Origin: Epiperipatus broadwayi
Taxonomy: Eukaryota > Animalia > Onychophora
Length of the DNA stretch: 64,000 nucleotides
Assembly: GCA_028023455.1 (NCBI GenBank)
Contig: JAQFVV010000010.1
Span: 15,066,001-15,130,000, forward strand
Direction: 5' to 3'
Part shown: in pieces, positions 52,137-64,000 of the stretch
How positions within the stretch are numbered: position 1 is the stretch's first letter
Layout of the letters: every line of letters begins with the position of its first letter
Made by a program: the position numbers and the translations under genes
The notes under the pieces: model-generated
The model's database searches: none
What the model saw: the letters and a program-made list of their open reading frames with translations, nothing else
Told to the model about the DNA's origin: nothing

Positions 52137-53404
52137 ATTATGAAGAAGATGAATGGCCTGAAACGCCAGGATTAGCAAAGCCTACTCTTGTTCCATATAA
52201 TGGCACTTCTACTCAGGAAGGTAGCTTAAAAAGATTTACCATAAAAAAGTTCAGCGAACTTGTGCTGTACAATATTGGTGCCATGTTGGCAGGTATAGGA
52301 GCAGGATATGATATTCGTGTCTGTAATTCAGTACAACCACGTCTTGGTGCTAGCACTGAGTGTGATGAAGATGAGACAAAAAGTCGCAATAGGGACTCAA
52401 TTATAAGTTCAGATTACGAGTGGTCAACACCATCTGGTTATCCACATAATACTTACCATGGACAGACTCGGCATTATCGACCAAGTTTGAATCTTGAAAG
52501 TAATTTGCCCTTGCGTTTCACTGATTCACCTCAGCATTATGCCAATACTCCTACATATACACAATCCCCACGTCGAAAATCTTCAACGGCTAGTAATGAT
52601 AGTGATGCATACATGTCAGTGGCATCATCAACAATTGATCCTTCGAGACCTGATACTTATCAAGTGTATGAAAGATATGTTGATCATAGCAGAGCTGATC
52701 TGTATCAATCATATGATCATTATTTAGATTATATTCGGCCTGATCATATTTTTCAAGGATATGATCGTTTGCATGCTTATGATAACTATGGAAGGCAGGA
52801 TTCTTTTACTCAAGAAATTCCCAAAACTCCACAACGATATGCATATTCTGGTAATCCTGATAGGAATAGTATATATTCTCATCGGCGCACTCCTTCAAAT
52901 ACCTCCACTTCATCAAATCCTTCATATGCATTAGAAGATACTCATTTAAGACCTAATGACTGTAATACAGACATTTACCGGTCTCCAGAGCACAATTATT
53001 CTCATCATCCTGCACCACCTCCTCCACCACGACGGCAGAATAGTGGTGAACATCCTGAACGTCCTGCTACTCTTGACATCAATTCACGTCCTCGCTCCAT
53101 GCTTAGCAAACTTAAATATACTTCTCCTATGGGAAGATCTCCCAAAACATCAACATCAAGTGGAACTCCCACTACCAGTACACCTACAGAAAGTACTGCG
53201 GCCAGTGATGATAGCTCATGTGTGTCTGCTAGAGTGCGATTCTCTCCCATTTATGGCCAAAACCATGATGGTAAAACTTCTCTTGAACATTTTGACAGCC
53301 ATTCACAGGACAACAGTACTCCTGCTCACAGACTGTCAGTAAAAAATCGTAAATCTTCCTCCGAATTAGAGAGGAACTTATTACATAATGATCCTGGTGT
53401 TTAG
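52137..53404 (+). CDS. slpr: MLK terminal coding exon, Ser/Pro/Tyr-rich disordered tail ending ...LLHNDPGV*
   Basis: Acceptor gtgtttttttcag|AT; in frame with the phase-1 upstream exon; ORF 52118-53404 open to TAG; contains HRRTPS. Confidence 0.88.
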
Positions 53405-53689
53405 TAATATCTATAATATAATGTATTCATAAATCAAGAGTGGTTGCACATTTGTGGAGTTCGCTGTTTAGTGTAATTCTAATAGTAATTGCAAAAACAA
53501 GTGTGCAAATAGAGTTGTGTTTGAACTGTTGGTTAATGAATTGCAGTGAAAACTAAAAAATTCCATCGTTTTTTTTTCCTTTTGTCAAATACTGTGAGAA
53601 GAAAATGTTGTGCAATATTTTTTAAAAAATTTGGGAAATAAATAATTTACTGCCTAAAATAACTGGAACGAAGAAACAGTTATAAATGT

Positions 53690-53870
53690 ATATAAATTCT
53701 TTATTTAATAATATATACATATATATGTATATAAACATATATATTAAAACTGTTTTTAAATCAATATACGTGTATGTATGTAGATATATGCTATATATGT
53801 GTAAATATGACATACATAGATACATATACATTACAATGTGTATACATATATGTATGTATATATATATGAA
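53690..53870. repeat. Degenerate (TA)/(CA)-rich microsatellite in the probable 3' UTR
   Basis: atatatacatatatatgtatataaacatat... runs. Confidence 0.8.
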
Positions 53871-56800
53871 GTTAATAGTTTGTTTTTAAAATGTCTAAAT
53901 GTTGATATCTATTATTATGCAATGAAATCTGTTGTACAGTTAACGTGTATGGAGATTTCATCATTATCATGTCCCGGAACTAAGATCTGTCAGCTACACC
54001 ATTTATATGAAGAAAACAATATACACATACAATATTTTGTGAAGAAGAAAATGAAGTCTATAAATTCAGAGTCTTATGTACATTTATGACCTGTTATTAA
54101 AATAAGAATATATATATATGAATAAAAAAAAATGTACCAGTTACCTTTGGGTGATGTGGATTCCAATCTATTCACTAATATTCAAATATATGCATGCACA
54201 TGGGTAGCGATGTATTTACTTACTAATTTTTTTTATTTTAAAATAATTTGGTTTAATGCCTTATCAATTTTAATTGTTGCCTAATTTTGTAATTGAACCT
54301 TTACAACACTTCGATTGTTCCCAATTTCTAAAACAAAGAACAAATTTCTTTTTTCAGTTTTTTTTTTTTTTGTTTTTTCGTGCTAGTTTGTAATTTTATT
54401 ATAATTAATTTTTCCAAAATATATATATAAAGTTGTAAATACTTTTTTTAAGAATTATTCAGACTAAATATATATATATAAAAAAAAACCATAAATGATG
54501 CATTTCTGAAAACTGTTGAATATATTCTTAATTATATTCCCCAGTTATTTTCCATTTCCTTATTTTATTTCTGGCATCCATTTTCTCTCTGCTTTTCATT
54601 TCATCAAAATCTCCTGGAAATATACGCAAGAGTGGTTCTCAAGATAAAGTGCCTTCACAACCGTTTCCTTTTCATGTTGCATTACTTAATTAAATTCTCT
54701 CTCTGATTTCATCTATAAAATATGTGTATTTATGAATATTTTTGTGCTTAAAATAATATAAAGTTCATAAAAGTAGTTGGAACAAAAATGATAATATAAA
54801 GAAAAGCATCATCATTAAATACTAAAATTCTTGCTTGATCTGAATGCTTTTTAATCTATTTATATAATTATTAATTACTAAATTCATAAGCCTATGTTTA
54901 ACTGTATATGTACAGGTATATACTCGCAAATACTATTAAAGATATATTGGGTTTAAAAATTATTTTGAGTCATCCAGCAGTCTTTGCCAAATTAAGTTTT
55001 ATTTATTGTAATTTTGTTTTCATTCACTTCCTTCCTCTAAGAATCTTCAGATGTGTCTTTTAAAATTGACCTGAACAACTCTGTATTTTAACAGGAGTTT
55101 GTAGGAAATAAAACAGGTGAGGAAATTTTATTTCATATAAAAGTAAAAAAAAAAATTTAAAAAAAAAAAAAAGGAAAAAAAAAAGAAAAGCAAGAAAAAA
55201 AAAATACCGTACATAACGGACGTTAGTCTCTACCGATACTTAACTTCCCATATTGGGCACGTATTCATTTCATCATCCCCTCTCCCTCAATATTCAATAA
55301 ATTTCAGGGCTGAAAAATTACATTTTTTAGTTAATATCATTTTATAAATTTACTTTTATTAATTATTCTTCTACAAAAGAAAACTTCGGGCTTCTTAAAA
55401 ATGCATTAAACTAATATAGTTTTTCTTGCTCCTACAACAAGTCATTTAATTTCAATATTTTTTATAAATCTTTGAGAATGAATAATGTATATAAATATAT
55501 ACTCACATTTAGCTAAATATATGTATAGATTGAAATAAACTGAACATATATTAAAGGAATTTATATATCCATACATAAAAATGAGTACCGAGTTTCAAAA
55601 CAAGAAAATATTCCTAAATGTGAAATTCATTGGCGTATGTAAAAACTTACTCCTCCAGAAAATATGCACAAAAAATGAATACAGTAATATAATCAAAATT
55701 TGTAAAGGCTGACTACATTATAAAGAATATAAAATTATACTAAAATTGATAATATAACAACATTGAAAACCATTGTCTGTCTCAAAAAATGCAGTTATGC
55801 TTTGTAATAAAGGGAAATAACGGGAAGAAAACTTTAAGAAACTAAAAAATAATTTCTCAGTAAAAATTAAACATTTATAGAATTTATTTACCCTCTTACA
55901 TTATTCAGTTATTGTAACCTTAACATTTTTAATTAATCATTTTATATTCTTAAGATCCCTAATATAATTTGACAACAATTTATAAGAATTTGCAATGAAT
56001 TATTAACTTGATGATTGCTGTAGATTGGCAAACATTAAGAGACATGCACATCTGTCTTGAAATAATCTTTACTGATATTTTAGAAAAGATTTATCAAAAA
56101 AAAAAACTTCACTCCTATCAGATCAATTATAGTTTCATGTTAAACTAAACTATTTCTCAAATGCACAAATTATTTTTATACTTACGGTTTTTCAAAAATA
56201 CGACAACCTATTTTTTCATAAGCAAATCTAATACATGCTTTGTATGTGAATGAATACCAGCGATAAATTCTTTGTAAAATAAAGTATTATAATATTTTAG
56301 TAATTTATAGCTTCTTTATAAAATTTAACTAATATTATTACTTAAAAATATACGGCAAAATTAATTTTAAAGTTGTCATTTATCGACTTTTTTTTAAAAA
56401 AAAAAAATGCAACATATGATTTTAGCTATTAAAAATTTTGAAAGTTTCATATTTTCTATTAGCAAACCATTTAAAAGAAAAAAGGAATAGCAACCAGTTT
56501 TGTTTTGTTTGTTTTTTCAATTTAATTTTCACATAAAGCAATTATTGACAAATGTAACACAAATACAAGTTTTATTGCAACAAAAGGAATAAATTAATTT
56601 TTAATTTGGTCAAAAATAAGCTAAAATTTTTAATATATCAATAGAGCTAATATAAACAAAAGTGATATCAAGGATTTATGGTCCAGTATAATCAATGTTA
56701 AATGCAGATTCATTACTGCACCATCCTCAGTAAAGATTTGTTTCCTATGTAGTAATATAATAAGTACTTATTTTGAGAGACATGCAAGAAAAATAATCAA

Positions 56801-56879
56801 CAAAATACATCGATGACTTCATTAAATGTAATATAATTTTCTACTTCTTTTCCTATGTATTGATTTCTATAACATATAC

Positions 56880-57084
56880 CATTTACACCTTCTTAGAGAT
56901 ACTTTATCAATACTTTTATTTGTATTACACTAACAGTTTCGACTATCCTGCAGTCATCATCAGAGTTCTTGTTGGGTTTTGGTAATAGAATCAACAAGAA
57001 CTCTGATGATGACTGCAGGACAGTCGAAACTGTTAGTGTAATACAAATAAAAGTATTGATAAAGTGTCTAAGAAAGTGTAAATG
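56880..57084. repeat. Near-perfect ~93-bp-arm palindrome of Penelope-type termini, each arm carrying a hammerhead-like core
   Basis: Arms 56880-56974 and 56992-57084, 17-nt loop; ACU CUGAUGA U GACUG CAGGA CAGUC GAAAC U GUU AGU at 57000-57037. Confidence 0.85.
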
Positions 57085-58192
57085 ATATGATATGTTATTC
57101 ATTAAATGTAACATGTTAAGTCCTGATTTTAACTTTGAAGTATATTTTTACTTACATATAAATTTACTGTAAATAGTAAAATAAATTCATTTTTAAAATC
57201 AATCAATAAAGATTGTTGTAATTATCAACTAAAGCTTAAAATAATATTATGTATTTCACAACCAAAATGTTTAATAGACATTTAAAAATAAATAAAAACT
57301 TTCAAATTAAAATTGCAAATATATATTTATGAATAATTTTACTAATTGTATATGCTAAAAGCAGATTTTTTTTTTTTAAAAAAAAACTTTTTCAAAATAT
57401 TATATAAAGTAATAAAAGATAAATAAAATTCATATAAACATGCTTTTCATTTTAATGACTATTATTGAGAATGTCTAAGTAGATCAAACATTATATAAAT
57501 AACATTGTTTGTTTGTCAACTGATAGTAATGAAATTGAGAGAAACAACATATCAGCTACAGATTAGATTTATCTGAAAGTAATGCCTATTTTTCAAGAAT
57601 TGGCAATTATATAAAACAAAGAATCTTATATTTTTTACTAACCCAAATTTCAATATATATATAAATTTTAAAAATTAAAGAATATCCTATTATATTTACT
57701 ATTTAAGATTTATTTTTAAATAATCGCTTGGTGGCGCTGTTTCTGTGCAAAAACAAAATTATACTATTATTTATTTTTTTTACTTTTAAACTAAATTTGA
57801 ATTAATTTACAATACTTCAAAAGGAAAATTATCTCTATCTAAATGTAGATTTTAAAATTAATTGCATTTTTTAAAACTATATTCTATTTAAAATATAAAA
57901 TTTGTGCCATTATAAATTAAATATTTCTACCTCCAAAATATCCAAATATCTTTAATGTTTATACATTAGTTATAAATGTTGATATTTTTCTTTTCTTTTT
58001 TTTTTTTTAATGTCATATTTTAAGAAAAATAATTTTTAAAAAATTATTATGAAATTTTGTTAGTATTTTTGTGCAATACATATATATCATATAATTTTAA
58101 CAACATTCAGTATACCATGAGGGCTAACTGCAAATCATCATTTGCAAATTTTTGCTGCATCTTTTAGTTTACTTATAAAACTGTTATATTTA

Positions 58193-58288
58193 GTCAAGTG
58201 TTGGGGGTTGAGTGGTCAGCTCAACTGCTTTACAAGCAGTTGTCCCGGATTCACTTCCCGGCCGCTGCTTTGACACATGGAAAAAAAA
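58193..58288 (+). pseudogene. Degenerate tRNA-Gly-derived retroposed copy
   Basis: gtcaa leader, tRNA-like body, tttgacacatgg plus A tail; 16-bp TSD aaaactgttatattta (58177-58192, 58285-58300). Confidence 0.75.
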
Positions 58289-58942
58289 CTGTTATATTTA
58301 AAAACTGGCAGTTTAATCTTGAAGTTTTACACAAGTTTTATTAGCTTTAAATCATATTCATTTTTCTTTAATGCTATTGGTATAATATATCATTACTAAA
58401 ATATTATAATTAACAAAATATATATATTTTCAAATAAATTGTATAATTATTAAAATGACATTAATTTTAAGACAGAAGTGCGTAATTATTTGTCATCACA
58501 GATATTGTAATTTAGGCTTCATATATATAAAAAAAATATAAATTTAGACATAAATACTATTATATAAGGTGCAAAATTAAAATGCTCTTATAAGTGCATA
58601 TTTTTTACACTATATTTAAAATAACTAGATACTAGATTTATAATTTTATCCTTTTCCTTTTTAATTATATCTTTAAGGGATGCCGTGCCATCTTGTTATG
58701 GTGGTCCCGTATGCAGAGATGATATTCATGAATGTACATTAGCTGTTATTATGATTACTAAAATTAAATAATAATTAAAGCAAAATTATTTTCACAACGC
58801 TAATGTTTATAATTTTGAACATTGTGCAACTACTTTTAATTAGATGTAAAAGTAGATATTTATATATTATTTATATATAATCACACATCGATGCAGCACA
58901 AAGACACATCTGTGCAATAAATTAATATAAAAATAGAATTCA

Positions 58943-59039
58943 GTCAAGCGTTGATGGCCTAGTGGTTAGCATAGCTGCCTTCCAAGCAGCTGGTCCGGAT
59001 TTGCTTCCCGGTCAATGCATTTGACATATGAAAAAAAAA
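58943..59039 (+). pseudogene. tRNA-Gly(TCC)-derived retroposed copy
   Basis: GCGTTGATGGCCTAGTGGTTAGCATAGCTGCCTTCCAAGCAGC...; B box damaged (TTTGCTT); TSD aaaaatagaattca on both sides. Confidence 0.85.
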
Positions 59040-62000
59040 TAGAATTCATATATACAATATATGATATTCATGTAAAAATGCATATACACATGTATAAATG
59101 TGATTAAGTAGAAATTTGTGTGTGTAAATATACATCTTGTTGTTTACCGCAGAGTAAAAATTTAGATTCAGGTCAGAAAAGAAATAAACCTTAACATTAA
59201 AAGGGCACAAACACTTATACATTGTTTAAATAATTTGTAACTAATAAGTTTTTATATTTTACTAATGACATTCCAACGTAGATTTAATAAGCTCAGCATT
59301 ATAGGGATTCCAGAAGCCTATTGTTTTCTTTTGTAATAGAATTTCCCCCATAATTGTATATATATGTCATTGTTATAAATAGTCCTTCCATGATTTATCT
59401 GACGACAAGATTTTTTATGCCCTGGTATATATATATATTTTTATTATTTTCAATTTTTACTAATCTGTGTATTTAAAAAGATTCTTATGATGCCCCATCA
59501 AAATTATCATTTTATAAAAAAAGAGTTCATCGGACTTTTTGTTCTTTTAATATTTTTCTTTGTGATAAGTGCCAAGGGGACCTTGTAAACATTCCATTGT
59601 ATTTGTTATTGTTTATTGAAAATTTTATTGTTTCGGTGAATGAAAGTAAATTTTATAAATTATATTATTATACATATATCTATATATATTTATAAATATA
59701 TATATATAACTAGTTTGTTTTATTTTTTAAAGAGAGGAGGGAGGGGGAGTGATAATTCTTGTTGGGGTAATCATGTAAGAAATTTTGTTTGTATTTTATT
59801 TTCTGTTTTGTTTTTAAAACATTTTCTTTGACCCGAAGAAGAAATATTTCTGTTAATAAAGATTGAATGCCTTATACTTGACTTTTGATTATTTTGCTTT
59901 ATTTTGTTTTAAGAACACATGCATACATAGATGTATTCTACTTTTATAATAATAATTGTAGTTTACTCCCTTGCACATGCGCTTTACAGATCGAACACAA
60001 TTATAATGAATACTCTCCTTTCCAAACACAATATAAAGTCTTTTTAAAGGACAGAATGGATCACTCTATCCTTTTCACCCAAACTATGTGTATAGGCAAA
60101 TCTGAAGCATTTGGAACTGAGAGCGTGAAGATTTAATTAATCACTTTAAATTACTTATAATCTGATTTTTGTTGATGACGCAAAATTTTTACTATTTACG
60201 ATATGTCATTGTAATTTACAGTTCATCTAATTCATATTTTATTTCAAGAGGCTCTTTCTAGAGAACACTTTAGTGCTTAAGCCTTATTTAATCCTAATGA
60301 ATGGAAACCTTTACTAAAAAGAAATGTCAAAATATTAGGTGATTTAATTCCTAACAGATTTTATTATCCATTAAAATGAATTAGGATATATAAGAATAAA
60401 GACATTTTGTTAGAAGTAAAAGCAAAAATGTGTTAATACTAAAGAAAGGTAATGGAGCAAAGAAAAATTTACAATAGTAAAAAAATATTTAAAGCATGGT
60501 ATATGATAATAGTTATCTTTAAAAATGTTTTAAAAAAAGATCACTAAAGTTAATGTAAAAATCGATTTAACAAATATGCAAAGGGTAGAGATATAAGAAG
60601 TGGAAAGAACATGATGAAGTTCTTACAGAAGAAAAGTTATTATGCAAGCAACAATAGAAAAGTTAGTATGCTAGTAATAAAGACTCATTTGAAAAATATA
60701 GAATACTAAAAACAGTGAAAAAAGTGAATAGATGTTAATAAGGAGAATATATAAAAATTATAATTAAAATGAATATTTTAGAAAAAATTACAAAAAGTAT
60801 ATATGAATAGAGGAAATTTAAATGTACGGAATAGTATATGTAGCTATAAAATCAATAATGTTTAATACAGAAAATTGTTTTAAGAATCTAAAATAACTAA
60901 GTTCACTACTTTTAAATTGTGATTTGATCTATAAACAAATCAGTTTAATTAAATATAATCCATTAAGATTTTAACTCTCAAGCAGTGGACCTTATATTTT
61001 TGGAAAATAAATAATTACTGCTGATAAATTGTAAATTTGTGACCAATAATTAGTAAATATTCTACAAAATGACATAAGTAATGTAAATTAACATAATTAT
61101 TTAATTTAATGTATTATTTTTTTAAAAAAAATTTTTTTTCTACAATCACCTATCAATCAAAAATATATTTTCAAACATATTAAGTAAATAACTATTTCAA
61201 ATAATTTTGATATATGTAAAATTCAATTTAGTGTCCTTCTTTAACTTGCACTTTTATGCCCTAAATAACCTAAACATACACTTCTACAAGCCCTGTCTAC
61301 ATGTCAAATGGACATTAGAGAAACTAATACAGAGGAAATATGAATGGAGCACTGGTGAAAACGATATGTGAGAAAGGTAGGATGAAGACTAAAAACTTGA
61401 ATAAAATATATAAAAGTTTTTGATAAAGAAAATTGAAATTATTGCTGATTATAAATTGATAAACACTGAAAAGATAAAGAAATGAATTTTTTTACAAGAA
61501 AGAAAAGGCTATAGTAGTTATAATAAGTATATGTTGAGAATTAAGGGCTGAGAGGGTAGATATAGAACTTTATAAAAGGATTGGCAAGATGAATTTCAGA
61601 TAATGAATAAATCTATGCTAACATCTTGGATAAAATTATGAGAAATTTATCCATAGTGGAATGACAAACAGCTGAAAATCAATATTTAGTAAAAAGGAAT
61701 AATGGGAAAAGATTAAATAAGCCCACTTTAAAAACTATGAAAAAAGGCAAAGTGCTTATAAAAAATATAATTAAGAAATAATTTGGAAAAAAGAAAAAAA
61801 TTAAAAGGGATGTTTGATGGGAGAAGAAGAAAAAAAACATACCTAAAATAGAAATAAGATAGAAATGACAATTTAATAAGTTATCTGAAGAAATTATCAA
61901 ACCATGCAGAAGGAGAATGCTGAGAAAAAATTTTGGAAATAAATCCAAAGTATTCAGAAGATTAAAAAAGGATGGGTGAAGAACTTTAAGTAAATAGAGC

Positions 62001-64000
62001 AATAAGTAGATTAAAAAATAGGAATGAATGAATGATTTGGCAGCACAAAATTAATAGAGTAAAGAATTAGTTTAAATGAACTCTCAAGAAAGTTAGATTA
62101 AGTCATATATAAATGAGATTGTGTTTAAATCTGGGATGTAATGAACTCTAACGTTATTTGAAAATTTATTAAATCTGTTAATCCTGATATAAATCTGTGA
62201 CAGCTTTCTATTAAGTACAGGGATGCTGAAAAGTTTATTAATATCATATGATTAATTGATCAAAATCAGAAAATGTTCTATTAAATTTTGCAGGAGCATT
62301 AAAAATAAGAAATGAATTCTTCCATAAAAGTTAGAATATGCTCTGGAATATAATGGAGTTCACCCTTGTGTGAAAATTTGTTAATCTCTATGTATATTTG
62401 GGACTTCTGGTGCAAGTGGACATTGCATATTAGCATAGCAACTAAGTAGATATATAGCAGTGCTGAAAAATTTATTATTAATGTTTGGTTGATTGGTCTA
62501 AACTGGAAATTGGATATAACTTAAATGCATGAAAACAAAATTTAGCTCTAAATAAAAACTACTAGCAAAATTGTATTAAAGATCAGGTAAGCAATAATAA
62601 TTTACTCAAGATAAATATATATTTAATTTATAAAGTAGATAAATTATACAATATATTTTTCAATAAAATTTATTTACAATTACCAAGATTTTCTATGGAC
62701 TTCCCTTTTCTGTACCTATAAAACAAAACAAAAGATTTATATTTAAAATCAAATTTAAAAATAATATACTGTACTTATTTTAACATAGGATATTCATCAA
62801 CAATTACTCATCTAACTAAAGAAAAAAATTCCTAGGATCATTTCAGATCTTTTTGTCAAACAAGCTAAGCTTTCTTTTACCTTCAAAGTTTGATATTTTT
62901 TTTTCTTCCATGTTTTCTTTGTTAAACCAATTACAAATGTCTAAAAATCTCTCCTATCTAATTTTTATTTTCCCTCAAAAAAAAATCCATGCAATCATTT
63001 GTAATTTTACGCTATTCAATTTTTCCATTTTAAATTGCCTCATTTCATGTTTTTGTTGTTCCTTTTTTTTTTAAAAAAAAAAAGAACATTTAAGATGTCA
63101 AACACAAAGATAAAAAAATATACAGAAATAAGAATTATACATATATGTCTACTTTTTGAGAATGACTTCTTACTTTTTCTGATACAGATTTAAGTAGATT
63201 ATTGCGGGGCAAAATCTCTTCAAACCTTCTTAAAAAATGAAGCGATAAGTCATTGCTCATCAGGCTTATTAACTGCCGAATGATGAGAATTGAAGCAATT
63301 TTCTATCCTTGGTTTATTCTCTAAATAAGAATGGTTACATACTGTAATTAATGATATTGGATAATTAGTGGGTCTGTTTGTGATCTGGTTACTTGAAAGA
63401 AAAAATTTAAATTTTATTCAGCCCAAAATGGAATCCATATTGTAGATAGATATGCAATCATTATTCCAGAAAGCCTTTCATTCTGATATAAACTGCACTT
63501 ATATGTTTATATAAGACTTTAGTTTACTATTTATTAAGGATTAATTTTTTCCAAGCATAACTAACATATAATAATATTAATCCTACTATCTATGTTAAAA
63601 AAATATAATATATTAAGACTGCTTTATCTTGTAATAAGATGATGCAGAGTTATCACCTTCACTCCCACTGCTCTGGGTAACTTAGTGCAATAGTAGATGG
63701 GTACGATCTGGAGGTCAAAGTCCAAGGATCATGATGCTAGCTATCATTTCCAACGCTTGAACTTCCATGAAACTCCTAAGCAATAAATTATGTGAATATT
63801 ATTATTCATTCCCACTATTAAAGCTCGAGTAAGTAATTCAAATCTTAAGTTTATATTATTTACATTTTGTCTTACAATTGGTCTACATATAAGAGTTTAA
63901 CAAAAGTTAATTATATCCTCTTGTCAATGTTATATAATGAGCTTGACAATAACTCTTAATAAGCTTTTCAGAATATCCCTATCCCCAGAGTGGTTTTATT

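Larger units (their letters stand above)
6641..53404 (+). other. slpr: 3' portion of a mixed-lineage kinase gene (MAP3K9/10/11/21 family, slipper-like); upstream SH3 and kinase exons lie outside the window
   Basis: Five GT-AG exons join in frame (phases 1-0, 0-1, 1-1, 1-1, 1-stop). They give the MLK-typical order: kinase end CWxxDPHxRP, double leucine zipper, basic KKRKGKFKKSRL, CRIB ISxPxxFxHxxxV, PRLRA, KTWG, SxSAPNL, HRRTPS. Confidence 0.95.

Noticed and set aside
52494-53342. Alternative-frame and antisense ORFs (52494, 52956, 53005)
   Set aside because: Shadows of the MLK terminal exon with no recognisable motifs.
60380-62100. Purine-rich stretch and ORF 61679-62002
   Set aside because: Probably a very old LINE remnant; no motif clear enough to call, and the ORF is low complexity.
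63270-63400. C/D snoRNA-like TGATGA
   Set aside because: No suitably placed CTGA D box or terminal stem seen.

Overview
AT-rich animal (probably arthropod; inferred, not shown) genomic DNA holding the 3' part of a + strand mixed-lineage kinase gene (MAP3K9/10/11 family, Drosophila slipper-like). Five canonical GT-AG exons splice in frame: kinase end plus leucine zippers (6641-6816, 10481-10727), CRIB (13507-13632), a GKTWGPS/SKSAPNL exon (44936-45121) and a long terminal exon (52137-53404). The main finding is three near-identical, frame-preserving microexons (21, 21 and 18 nt) in the 31-kb intron. Each encodes VSPSHS and the aligned codons differ only synonymously, suggesting a spliced, countable Ser-Pro phosphosite cassette. 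The gene also has candidate AG|GT recursive splice sites. Introns and flanks contain Penelope-type repeats with minimal hammerhead-ribozyme motifs, often as fold-backs. They also contain hAT MITEs with 8-bp TSDs, a solo LTR, RTE, Tx1/L1, Penelope and mariner relics, and three tRNA-Gly-derived retroposed copies with TSDs. All calls are by eye; no searches were run.
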